DNA of 20,000 bases. Origin: an uncultured virus (IMG/VR IMGVR_UViG_2912893941_000001). Its lineage: Duplodnaviria > Heunggongvirae > Uroviricota > Caudoviricetes. Positions within the stretch are counted from its first letter, which is position 1. The number at the start of each line of letters is the position of its first letter. Below, piece by piece: positions 1 through 7,137 of this stretch. Location: IMG/VR virus record IMGVR_UViG_2912893941_000001, positions 44,319 to 64,318 of that record; one strand, given 5' to 3'. Both the position numbers and the translations under genes were made by a program. The notes beneath the pieces are model-generated. The model made no database searches. It saw nothing but the letters and a program-made list of their open reading frames with translations, and had not been told where the DNA came from.

Positions 1-2
1 AG

Positions 3-1052
3 ATCAAAGCGGTCAATATAGCCCAAGTCGAATGGGTAGAGACGGAGCAGACGGAAATTCCTTTCCTAAACGTAGAGCGCCATATACCGGGACACATCTT
101 CTATACGCGCTACAGACTATATCAGAATGGCGTCGATGTTTCAGGTGGCGCCCCAATCAGCGTTTTCAATATAGGCGAAGAGGTGCCGACGGGCCGCGAA
201 GAAGACCACGAAGAAACATTCCTCCCGCACATTCCGGTATTTCACATCCCGTACAAGTCTATTGATGACAGTTATTTCGGTATTGGTGGATTGGAGAAGA
301 TTGAAACGGTATTCGCAGCGATCAACGACCGGCTTGTTCAGATCGATTATATTCTTTGGAAACACAGTGACCCCACAGCGTACGGTCCGGATTTAGAATC
401 AACTAACGGAGCCGTTCAGTTTGGTGGCAAATACATTCCGGTAAATAAAGACGACCCAACGCCCGGATATATGGTGTGGCAGGCTCAGCTTGATGCCGCG
501 TTCAAACAGCTCGACATGCTATTGAGTATTGTCTTTCAGATGTCTGAGACTCCGCAATGGCTTTTCGGAACAACAATGTCCGGAGACAATTCAGGCGGAA
601 CAGGCACGTCGCATACAGACGGTGCGGCGATCAAAGCTCGCTTCATGCCGATTCTTTCGAAGGTAAAGCGGATACGGGCGCACTATGACCGAGCGGTAAG
701 AGACGCCCTTTGGACGTGTATGCTGCTCGAAAAAGCAGTCGGTGTCATCGACGTTGAAAATGCGGTTTATCCACGGGCTATTTGGAGCGATGGACTTCCG
801 AAGAATGAAAAAGAGCTCGCTGAAATTATGCAAATCCGTACAGGCGGCAAGCCTACGATTGACGTTCGTGGAGCCATTAAGCAGCAGGACGACGTGGACG
901 ACGAGAAAGCTGACGAAGTCATTCGCCGCATTGAAGAAGACGAAAAAACGACGAGCGGCTTTGTTGACGGATCGATTTTCAATAAGGAAGGACCGGAAAA
1001 TAGCCACTCAGACGAGGATAAAGAGGAAATCGCAGAGGAGGACGGTAGTTAA
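3..1052 (+). CDS. Phage portal protein (SPP1 gp6-like), 5'-truncated by the window
   Basis: The frame of ORF 183..1052 stays open back to base 3 (IKAVNIAQVEWVETEQ...), so the start is upstream of the window. It has portal-like segments (GTSHTDGAAIKARF, WSDGLPKNEKE, EVIRRIEEDE), an acidic tail, and sits before the minor capsid gene. Confidence 0.88.
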   Translation: MKAVNIAQVEWVETEQTEIPFLNVERHIPGHIFYTRYRLYQNGVDVSGGAPISVFNIGEEVPTGREEDHEETFLPHIPVFHIPYKSIDDSYFGIGGLEKIETVFAAINDRLVQIDYILWKHSDPTAYGPDLESTNGAVQFGGKYIPVNKDDPTPGYMVWQAQLDAAFKQLDMLLSIVFQMSETPQWLFGTTMSGDNSGGTGTSHTDGAAIKARFMPILSKVKRIRAHYDRAVRDALWTCMLLEKAVGVIDVENAVYPRAIWSDGLPKNEKELAEIMQIRTGGKPTIDVRGAIKQQDDVDDEKADEVIRRIEEDEKTTSGFVDGSIFNKEGPENSHSDEDKEEIAEEDGS

Positions 1053-1876
1053 TGCCTCGTTCTCCTGAGCCTCAATACGATTATCAGACGAATCGGCTTG
1101 CCGGATATTATCAGGAAGCGATACAAGACATCCTGACCGAGCTTGAACGAATTGACCTCGATAATTTTCGAAGGGCTAACGCGTTGGCGACCTTGAAATC
1201 TATTAGCGAGATCCTCAGCGATTTAGACGAAAAATCTTCCGCATGGGTCAAAAAGAATGTTCCGAAGGCGGCCACCGATGGTATTGCGCGAGCACTGGTC
1301 GCTCTTGACGTAGCAAAGACGGTAGCTGACGCAGAAAAAATCGTTGCTTTTAACGAGGTAAACAAGTACATGGTTGCGGCGGCTGTAGCGGATACGCAGT
1401 CGGATTTATTAGCGATTACGCAAAACGTCGATAGGAAGACGCGGGCTGCCGTCAGGAAAGCCGTTTCGGATTCGATGCGGCTTAATATGACCAAAGGGAC
1501 GAACGGACGGCGCAGCATAACGGATCTGGTGCGCAAGTCTCTTCGGGCTTCGGTGAGTACCGGCATTATTGACGCGAGGGGAAATCGATGGAAGCCGGAA
1601 GTGTATGCGGACATGGTCGTCCGTACAAAAATGATGGAAACCTATCGGGAGGCCCATACGAATGAGGCGGTAAGTCGTGGCGCATATTATGCGCAAATTT
1701 CGTCGCACGGAGCGAAGGATCTATGCCGTCTCCATGAGGGACAAATCATTAAGCTGACTGACGATGCTCCCGGCAATTATCCGACATATGACGAACTCAA
1801 AGCGACCGGGGAGATATTTCACCCGCGTTGTAAGCACGTAATTTCTACAATAAGAAACCCATCAAGCGCCGTGTAG
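1052..1876 (+). CDS. Phage minor capsid / head morphogenesis protein
   Basis: 274 aa with motifs IDARGNRWKPEVYADMVVRT, SSHGAKDLC and FHPRCKH. The start overlaps the portal stop (TAATG). Confidence 0.88.
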   Translation: MPRSPEPQYDYQTNRLAGYYQEAIQDILTELERIDLDNFRRANALATLKSISEILSDLDEKSSAWVKKNVPKAATDGIARALVALDVAKTVADAEKIVAFNEVNKYMVAAAVADTQSDLLAITQNVDRKTRAAVRKAVSDSMRLNMTKGTNGRRSITDLVRKSLRASVSTGIIDARGNRWKPEVYADMVVRTKMMETYREAHTNEAVSRGAYYAQISSHGAKDLCRLHEGQIIKLTDDAPGNYPTYDELKATGEIFHPRCKHVISTIRNPSSAV

Positions 1877-1890
1877 CGCTTTTTTATTTT
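1864..1890 (+). terminator. Intrinsic terminator-like hairpin overlapping the minor capsid stop
   Basis: AAGCGC-CGTGTA-GCGCTT followed by TTTTATTTT. Confidence 0.6.
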
Positions 1891-1966
1891 GTCCGAACGT
1901 TATGACGTTAAAAGAAACGGCTGCATCACTCAATAGCCGACGGGCTTTAAGCGGTGGAGGGACTGT

Positions 1967-2638
1967 ATGAGCGAAGAACTTAAAGAAACGCAAACAAGCG
2001 AGGTTACCGATCAAACTACGGCTGAGGTGCCGGAAAATAAACCTGAAGCGCAGACGGTGACTATGACGCAAGAGGAATTTAACGCTGTAATTGCTCGCGA
2101 AAAGGGGCGCGTTAAGAACAAGTACGCTGACTATGACGAAGTGAAGGCGAAACTTAGCGATTACGAAAAAGCCCAGAAAGAACGCGAAGAGGCGGAAATG
2201 ACCGAGCTGGAAAAGCTTACGAAACAGCTCGACGAAAAGGCCGAAGCTGAAGCCACCTACGTAAAGCAGATTGAAGATTTAAAAGCGGCTGCTGAACAGG
2301 AAAAAGTGGCGAACGAATTTATCAAGGTTGCTACGAGCAACGGCATCGCCTACATTGACGACGCTTTACGTCTGGCTGACCTATCCGCGGTAAAGGTTGA
2401 GGACGGAAAAGTAATCGGCATGGAGGACGTTGTAAAGGGGCTCGTTGACAATAAGCCATACTTGGTTGCGAAACAGCAAACGCTGAAGCCGATCGGCCAA
2501 CCCTCTAATAGCGGAGGAGACGGAGACGGCGGAGAAATCAAGACGTTAGAAGCGCAGCTAAGCGAAGCAAGGAAAGAAAAGAATTTTTCGAAGGTTATCG
2601 AGCTTTCAAACAAATTGAAATCACTTTTGAAGAAGTAG
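1967..2638 (+). CDS. Capsid scaffolding protein
   Basis: 223 aa, acidic and coiled-coil-like, with TQEEFNAVIARE, YADYDEVKAK and KPYL motifs. RBS GGAGG at 1956-1960; directly upstream of the major capsid gene. Confidence 0.88.
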   Translation: MSEELKETQTSEVTDQTTAEVPENKPEAQTVTMTQEEFNAVIAREKGRVKNKYADYDEVKAKLSDYEKAQKEREEAEMTELEKLTKQLDEKAEAEATYVKQIEDLKAAAEQEKVANEFIKVATSNGIAYIDDALRLADLSAVKVEDGKVIGMEDVVKGLVDNKPYLVAKQQTLKPIGQPSNSGGDGDGGEIKTLEAQLSEARKEKNFSKVIELSNKLKSLLKK

Positions 2639-2649
2639 GGGGAAAATAA

Positions 2650-3753
2650 ATGTTAACTAGTTACGATTTTAAAGATCAGGTACGGCAGCTTGATGCGGGA
2701 ATTGAACTTATTATTCAGGATGAACCAACGTTGCTTGGTCTGATCGGCTTAAACGGAGAGGCACTTTATCAGACTAAATTCGAGTGGATGTCTGACCGAC
2801 TGAACTCAAACCTCGCGACTGTTAAATCGGTAGCGGAAGACGGAAAAATTACTGTGGCGGAAGATGACGGGGAGAAGTTCCGTAAAGATGCCATCGTTGT
2901 TATTGGCGAAGAGTATCTGAAAGTCACAAACGTGTCCGGCGATGTGCTGACGGTTGTTCGCGGATTTGACGGAACAGTTCAAGAGGAAATCGAGGCGGGC
3001 TCTGAGCTGCGCATCGTTTCCCGTCCGCAAAATGAAGGCGCTGGTGTCGGTATCGATGAAGGTCATGACCGTTATGTAGATTACAACTTCACGCAAATTA
3101 TCGAAAGGTATGCTGCTGTATCAAAAACCCAACAAGCGGTCCGCACACACAATGTGACGAGTGAGCTTGACTACCAAGTAAAGCTACGTCTTAAAGAGAT
3201 GGCGCGGGAATTTAACGACTGGTTGATCTATGGCCGCAGAATTGACGGTAAGCCTCGTACAACGGGTGGTCTTCTACACTTCGCTAGCTTGAAAAATGCT
3301 ACTAGAGCTAACTTAAAAGGCGCAGAGGTTGGAGCTAAGGCAATTAACGATGTTATGGAACAAGTTTATTTAAGAGGCGGATCTGCTAACACGATTCTCA
3401 CCAATACTGCGGGAGCTCGTCAAATTTCAAAATTGGCGAAAGATACTATCCGCACAGAGAGAACGGACACAGTTACAGGCCACAGAGTGAGCACCTTTGT
3501 TTCTGACATGGTAGGCGGAGGCGAGGCGACTGTAATCGTCGATCCAAACTTCCCTAAGAACAAAATCGCTTTGTTTGACCGTAACATTCTCTCTCTGCAT
3601 CCATTGAGCGAGCGCTCTGTCTACGACGAGGATGCCACAGTTCCGGGAGCTGACTTTGTTGCGCGCCAGATCCGTGGCGAATACGGAATCAAGATCAAAA
3701 ACGCGAACGAAAAAATCGCCATCCTCGAAAATATCTCGACAACTGTATCTTAA
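2650..3753 (+). CDS. Major capsid protein (DUF5309/SU10-like family)
   Basis: 367 aa with FEWMSDRL, NFTQIIERYAAVSKTQQAV, RTTGGL and IRGEYGIKIKN motifs. Follows the scaffold gene and precedes a strong hairpin. Confidence 0.88.
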   Translation: MLTSYDFKDQVRQLDAGIELIIQDEPTLLGLIGLNGEALYQTKFEWMSDRLNSNLATVKSVAEDGKITVAEDDGEKFRKDAIVVIGEEYLKVTNVSGDVLTVVRGFDGTVQEEIEAGSELRIVSRPQNEGAGVGIDEGHDRYVDYNFTQIIERYAAVSKTQQAVRTHNVTSELDYQVKLRLKEMAREFNDWLIYGRRIDGKPRTTGGLLHFASLKNATRANLKGAEVGAKAINDVMEQVYLRGGSANTILTNTAGARQISKLAKDTIRTERTDTVTGHRVSTFVSDMVGGGEATVIVDPNFPKNKIALFDRNILSLHPLSERSVYDEDATVPGADFVARQIRGEYGIKIKNANEKIAILENISTTVS

Positions 3754-3761
3754 AGACAATC

Positions 3762-3789
3762 GACGGGCTTCGGCCCGTCTTTTAATTTG
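3762..3789 (+). terminator. Intrinsic terminator after the major capsid gene
   Basis: GACGGGC-TTCG-GCCCGTC (cUUCGg tetraloop) followed by TTTTAATTT. Confidence 0.8.
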
Positions 3790-3803
3790 AAAGGAGGCCA
3801 ACA

Positions 3804-4040
3804 ATGGCAATTACAGATGAACAGAAACGGAGATTAAATGAATCTATGCCAGTCGCCAACGATCTAAAGCTCGGTGACATCATTCAGGAGTTACAAGAAA
3901 GCGGTGGGACTGCCGGACCAAAAGGCGATCCCGGTCCGAAAGGCGACCCAGGACCAAAAGGAGCGGACGGGTTCGGTACCAAGGCGCAGTATGACGACAT
4001 CATCGCGCGGCTTAAAGCGTTAGAGGGAGCTGGCTCGTAA
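3804..4040 (+). CDS. Collagen-like capsid decoration/spike protein (SPP1 gp12-like)
   Basis: 78 aa with eight Gly-X-Y triplets (G35-G58) followed by TKAQYDDIIARLKALE. RBS AAAGGAGG; directly after the major capsid gene. Confidence 0.78.
   Translation: MAITDEQKRRLNESMPVANDLKLGDIIQELQESGGTAGPKGDPGPKGDPGPKGADGFGTKAQYDDIIARLKALEGAGS
3915..3968 (+). repeat. Three imperfect 18-bp tandem repeats encoding GPKGDP/GPKGDP/GPKGAD
   Basis: ggaccaaaaggcgatccc / ggtccgaaaggcgaccca / ggaccaaaaggagcggac. Confidence 0.85.
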
Positions 4041-4042
4041 TA

Positions 4043-4261
4043 ATGGCCGTCTATAAGGCTTCTCCGTTTTATTCCGTAGGCACCGACCAGACGATTGTTT
4101 TCGACCACAAAGGCGTTTATGAAACCGATGTGCCTGCCGAAATCAAGCAGTTGAATGCATTATGTCCGCGATGGATTAGCTGTATTGCGTCAGACGATGA
4201 GACGGAAAAGGCGGAGGCTAAGGCGCCGAAAAAGCCTGCACGTAAGTCCTCCGGAAAATAA
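4043..4261 (+). CDS. Small hypothetical head-module protein with a basic low-complexity tail
   Basis: 72 aa filling the gap between the decoration and adaptor genes. GAGGGAG lies upstream and the C-terminus is Lys/Ala/Pro-rich. Confidence 0.7.
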   Translation: MAVYKASPFYSVGTDQTIVFDHKGVYETDVPAEIKQLNALCPRWISCIASDDETEKAEAKAPKKPARKSSGK

Positions 4262-4274
4262 GGGGGCTGTGCGT

Positions 4275-4661
4275 ATGGCTTTAAGCGTAGAAGCTGCAAA
4301 CGAATATATTAACCGAATGACAATCGATAACGAGGATTGGAACGACTATGACGACGCAAAGCAGCAGCGTGTACTAAACGTAGCCGAGGACGTCTTGGCT
4401 CGAAAGTTTCGTAAGTACGTCATTCCTGACGACGCAGTTTACGAGTTTACGAATGTGCTTGCGACTGCTTATAACGATACGAACCGCCTGAATAAGCATG
4501 GCATCGCGTCTTACTCAATCACCGGCGTCGGGTCGTTTACGTATAAGGAAACGCTTCGAGCTGACGATGAGTCTCTCATACCGAAAAAGACGATCGATCT
4601 GATCGAAGAAGCGAACGATGTGAAACTTAGCGGCCGGACCGTAAAAGCGACGGTGATGTAA
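4275..4661 (+). CDS. Putative head-tail adaptor protein
   Basis: Start revised from 4155 to the in-frame ATG at 4275 (AAGGGGG RBS, no overlap with the previous gene), giving 128 aa MALSVEAANEYI... Helical N-terminus, GIASYSITGVGSFTY beta-hairpin motif, and synteny. Confidence 0.72.
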   Translation: MALSVEAANEYINRMTIDNEDWNDYDDAKQQRVLNVAEDVLARKFRKYVIPDDAVYEFTNVLATAYNDTNRLNKHGIASYSITGVGSFTYKETLRADDESLIPKKTIDLIEEANDVKLSGRTVKATVM

Positions 4662-4997
4662 TTGGCGATCATACCGATGCGTCAGACCGTGACCGTTACT
4701 CGTGCTTCAGATGATATAGACGTGTGGGGAAACCCTGTGAGCGTCAAGCCGTTCGAAATTAAGTGCCGAATCGACGAAGGATCTACTATTGCGAATTCAC
4801 GTTCTTCCGGCGTTGTAAAGAGCGAGGAAGTCGTAGCTACGGCGCGTATATTGGTCGATAAATTAGCCGACATCAGGTATACGGATACACTCGCATTCAC
4901 GAACGAGTTGGGCGAAACCATTGAGCGTAAGCCGAAGGAAATAAACGTAAAGCGGCAAGTCAGTGGTAAGCCGATTCTGACCGAGGTAATCGTATGA
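4662..4997 (+). CDS. Putative head closure (stopper) protein
   Basis: 111 aa, beta-rich, with QTVTV and DVWGNP motifs. The TTG start abuts the previous stop; synteny fits. Confidence 0.7.
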   Translation: MAIIPMRQTVTVTRASDDIDVWGNPVSVKPFEIKCRIDEGSTIANSRSSGVVKSEEVVATARILVDKLADIRYTDTLAFTNELGETIERKPKEINVKRQVSGKPILTEVIV

Positions 4998-5401
4998 GTT
5001 TTACGTTGGATGCTGGAGATTTTCTGTCGATGTTGGATAACCGAGAGGTAGCCGTTGAGCAGGCAGCAAAGACAGCGATGCATGATAACACGGATGACCT
5101 CGCTAGACTTGCGCAAAATATCGCTCCGATTGACAAAGCTACGCTCCGTCGAGGCATGAAGAAGAAGGTTACGTTAAAGCGGGATAGTCTGATCGGTGAA
5201 GTATCGTTCCGGGCCGTCGATAAAGGCTTTAACTATGCGCTATGGACGCACGAGGCGGATTACAACCTCGGACCAGTTTCGGCAGGTGCAGGCGGCATCA
5301 ACGGTTATCCGGTCGGGAATAAGTACCTAGAACGTCCGCTGAAAGGTGAATCGCAGAAATACATTAATCACGTAGCAGACGCGGTGAGAAGGGAGTTGTG
5401 A
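4994..5401 (+). CDS. HK97 gp10-family tail completion protein
   Basis: 135 aa with APIDKATLRRG, NYALWTHE and KYLERPL motifs. ATGA overlap and GAGGT RBS. Confidence 0.82.
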   Translation: MSFTLDAGDFLSMLDNREVAVEQAAKTAMHDNTDDLARLAQNIAPIDKATLRRGMKKKVTLKRDSLIGEVSFRAVDKGFNYALWTHEADYNLGPVSAGAGGINGYPVGNKYLERPLKGESQKYINHVADAVRREL

Positions 5402-5407
5402 TAATCG

Positions 5408-5797
5408 TTGAAGATAACCGAATTAATCTCGTTTATACAGTCGCGGGTTGACGGCGTTTATTACGCGAACGGATTCCCGCGGAATGCGGCAGACGAATGT
5501 ACTTATGTGCGCTTTACAGGCGGATTTCCTCCGTCTCAATGGACCGGAAAGAGTCAGCCGTCGTTTCAAATAATCGTACGAGGAAAGGCTCAAGGCGACG
5601 CTGATTGCGAAGAGAAAGCGTACCGGCTTCAGGAAGCGTTAACGAATCTCCGTGAAGTGTTTATCGGTAATAGCTCAATCGTTGTTATCCGCGCGGCCAA
5701 TTCGGTGCCATTATTTATCGGATATGACGACAATGATCGTCCCCAATACTCGTTAAATTTCGATTGTGTAGTGCGCCCTAACCGGGCGCTTTTTTAA
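5408..5797 (+). CDS. Tail terminator protein (often annotated as minor capsid protein)
   Basis: 129 aa with PSFQIIVRG and IGYDDNDRPQYSLNF motifs. TTG start; directly before the major tail gene. Confidence 0.78.
   Translation: MKITELISFIQSRVDGVYYANGFPRNAADECTYVRFTGGFPPSQWTGKSQPSFQIIVRGKAQGDADCEEKAYRLQEALTNLREVFIGNSSIVVIRAANSVPLFIGYDDNDRPQYSLNFDCVVRPNRALF
5773..5795 (+). terminator. Intrinsic terminator-like hairpin within the last codons of the tail terminator gene
   Basis: GCGCCC-TAACC-GGGCGC followed by TTTTTT. Confidence 0.62.
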
Positions 5798-5821
5798 TGC
5801 AAAAATAAAGGAGGAAAACGG

Positions 5822-6376
5822 ATGGCTGGAATTAAAACGATTCAAGTTCCTATCGGCCCCGCAATCGTCGAGTACGGCGAGGGTAAGGATATGGTGACGT
5901 TTGACATCACGAAGGGCGGCATCGTTTTTAAGGCGCAGATGTCTAAGCAGGATACAACGGTCGACCAATACGGTGACTCGATTGTAGGCTCACGGACAAA
6001 GGGCGGAACTTGCGAATGTACCGTACCGTTTGCGATCTATGATTTAGAAAAGATTCATAAGGCGGTTCCGAACAGTAAGTACGTGTCTGACGGAGACAAA
6101 AAGAAGCTTGTAGTCAGCGGTAAAGCCGGATATGACTTGCTGAAGGACGCGAAGCCTTTACGAATTAAGCCGACAGATCCAGAAGCTACGGCCAACGACT
6201 GGCTCACGATTCCGTTAGCTGGTGCGTCGACTGACATCGAATATACCTATGATTCCGATAATGAGAGGATCGCTAACCTAACGTTTACCGGTTATCCGGA
6301 CACGATGGGAGAAGGCGATCTTTTTATTATGGGCGATGAAACGGCCGGTACCTCTTCTGGCTCTGGTAGCGAATAA
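5822..6376 (+). CDS. Major tail (tube) protein
   Basis: 184 aa, beta-rich, with IGPAIVEYG, TKGGIVF and TVDQYG motifs. Strong RBS AAAGGAGG; lies between the terminator protein and chaperone genes. Confidence 0.82.
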   Translation: MAGIKTIQVPIGPAIVEYGEGKDMVTFDITKGGIVFKAQMSKQDTTVDQYGDSIVGSRTKGGTCECTVPFAIYDLEKIHKAVPNSKYVSDGDKKKLVVSGKAGYDLLKDAKPLRIKPTDPEATANDWLTIPLAGASTDIEYTYDSDNERIANLTFTGYPDTMGEGDLFIMGDETAGTSSGSGSE

Positions 6377-6382
6377 CGAACG

Positions 6383-6416
6383 AAAGGCATCGTCGAGAGG
6401 CGGTGTCTTTTTAATT
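6383..6416 (+). terminator. Intrinsic terminator after the major tail gene
   Basis: AAAGGCATCGTC-GAGA-GGCGGTGTCTTT (12 bp with 3 G-U pairs, GNRA loop) followed by TTAATT. Confidence 0.75.
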
Positions 6417-6433
6417 AACGAAAGGAGAGTCGC

Positions 6434-6805
6434 ATGAACATTTTCAAAAAGAAACAGGAGACTGATTCGATCCAGCTCGGTAAGTATCCGGTCGAGGTTG
6501 CGAAGCTCACTCCGGCCAAGTGGAAACAACTTTTCGCAGCACTCGATAAAATTCCGTTTCTAGTTCTGGAAGTCTTTAGCGCGCCTAAAACTGATTTCTA
6601 CTCGTATTTAGTAAGCGCGATTGAAGTCGGTATGGATGAGCTCGTCGAAATTACGGCATTATTGAGCGGCGTAGATGCCGAGTACATCCGTGAAGAAGTC
6701 GGAACGGACGAAATTATCGAGTACATCACGCTCACTGTTAAAAATAACCGTCTCGATTCGCAAGCAAAAAACGTGAAGAGCCTTCTTCCGAAACTCGAAA
6801 AGTAG
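6434..6805 (+). CDS. Tail assembly chaperone (lambda gpG analogue)
   Basis: 123 aa between the major tail and tape measure genes. RBS AAAGGAG; slippery heptamer near the 3' end. Confidence 0.82.
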   Translation: MNIFKKKQETDSIQLGKYPVEVAKLTPAKWKQLFAALDKIPFLVLEVFSAPKTDFYSYLVSAIEVGMDELVEITALLSGVDAEYIREEVGTDEIIEYITLTVKNNRLDSQAKNVKSLLPKLEK

Positions 6806-6816
6806 ACGAAGAGGGC
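6766..6816 (+). other. Programmed -1 ribosomal frameshift site with a candidate downstream stem
   Basis: In-frame GCA AAA AAC gives A_AAA_AAC (6766-6772). A 9-bp stem GCCTTCTTC (6780-6788)/GAAGAGGGC (6808-6816) starts after a 7-nt spacer. Confidence 0.8.
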
Positions 6817-7137
6817 GATCCGTATACGATTGACGATTATCTGATCGAAGCGGCGATCAGTTTAGGTGTCACGCAGTATCAAATAGAAAACGAGTTTTAT
6901 ATGGTGGACATACCGAAATTTGTGCGTGCCAAGACGAAGCAAGGCGCGGTAAGGCGAATAGAAGACATTCGCGTACTTCTCGCGACGAATAGCCGGGCAA
7001 GTGAGGACGACGAGTATAAACAGCTCATGAATACGTTGATTCGGGCGGCTGGGCTTCGTCCGGAAGTGAAATTCGACCGTGAGAAATTCGAACAACTACG
7101 GGCTTTACAGGGGAATTTTCGGAAAGGAGGTAAATAG
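6772..7137 (+). CDS. Frameshifted C-terminal part of the tail assembly chaperone (gpT analogue); predicted fusion 6434..7137, 234 aa
   Basis: The -1 frame is open from 6748 to the TAG at 7135-7137 (REEPSSETRKVDEEGDPYTIDDYLIEAAISLGV...) and contains the listed ORF 6901..7137, whose ATG has no clear RBS. Confidence 0.78.
   Translation, partial: REEPSSETRKVDEEGDPYTIDDYLIEAAISLGVTQYQIENEFYMVDIPKFVRAKTKQGAVRRIEDIRVLLATNSRASEDDEYKQLMNTLIRAAGLRPEVKFDREKFEQLRALQGNFRKGGK

Noticed and set aside
183..185. Listed GTG start of the portal ORF
   Set aside because: The frame is open to the window start, so the gene begins upstream.
4155..4274. 40-aa N-terminal extension of the adaptor ORF
   Set aside because: It overlaps the 72-aa gene and has no RBS; ATG 4275 has one.
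5773..5797. CCCTAA near the end of the tail terminator gene as a +1 shift site or a lost stop codon
   Set aside because: It is out of frame (CGC CCT AAC). A one-base change extending the protein by a few residues is possible but untestable without homologs.
6340..6376. SPP1 gp17.1*-style frameshift extension of the major tail protein (also checked for the major capsid end)
   Set aside because: No CCC-TAA or slippery heptamer at either 3' end; a hairpin follows immediately and there is no downstream Ig-like frame.
6901..7137. Independent 78-aa gene
   Set aside because: No SD before the ATG, and the frame is open from 6748 through the slippery site, so it is better explained as the frameshift product.
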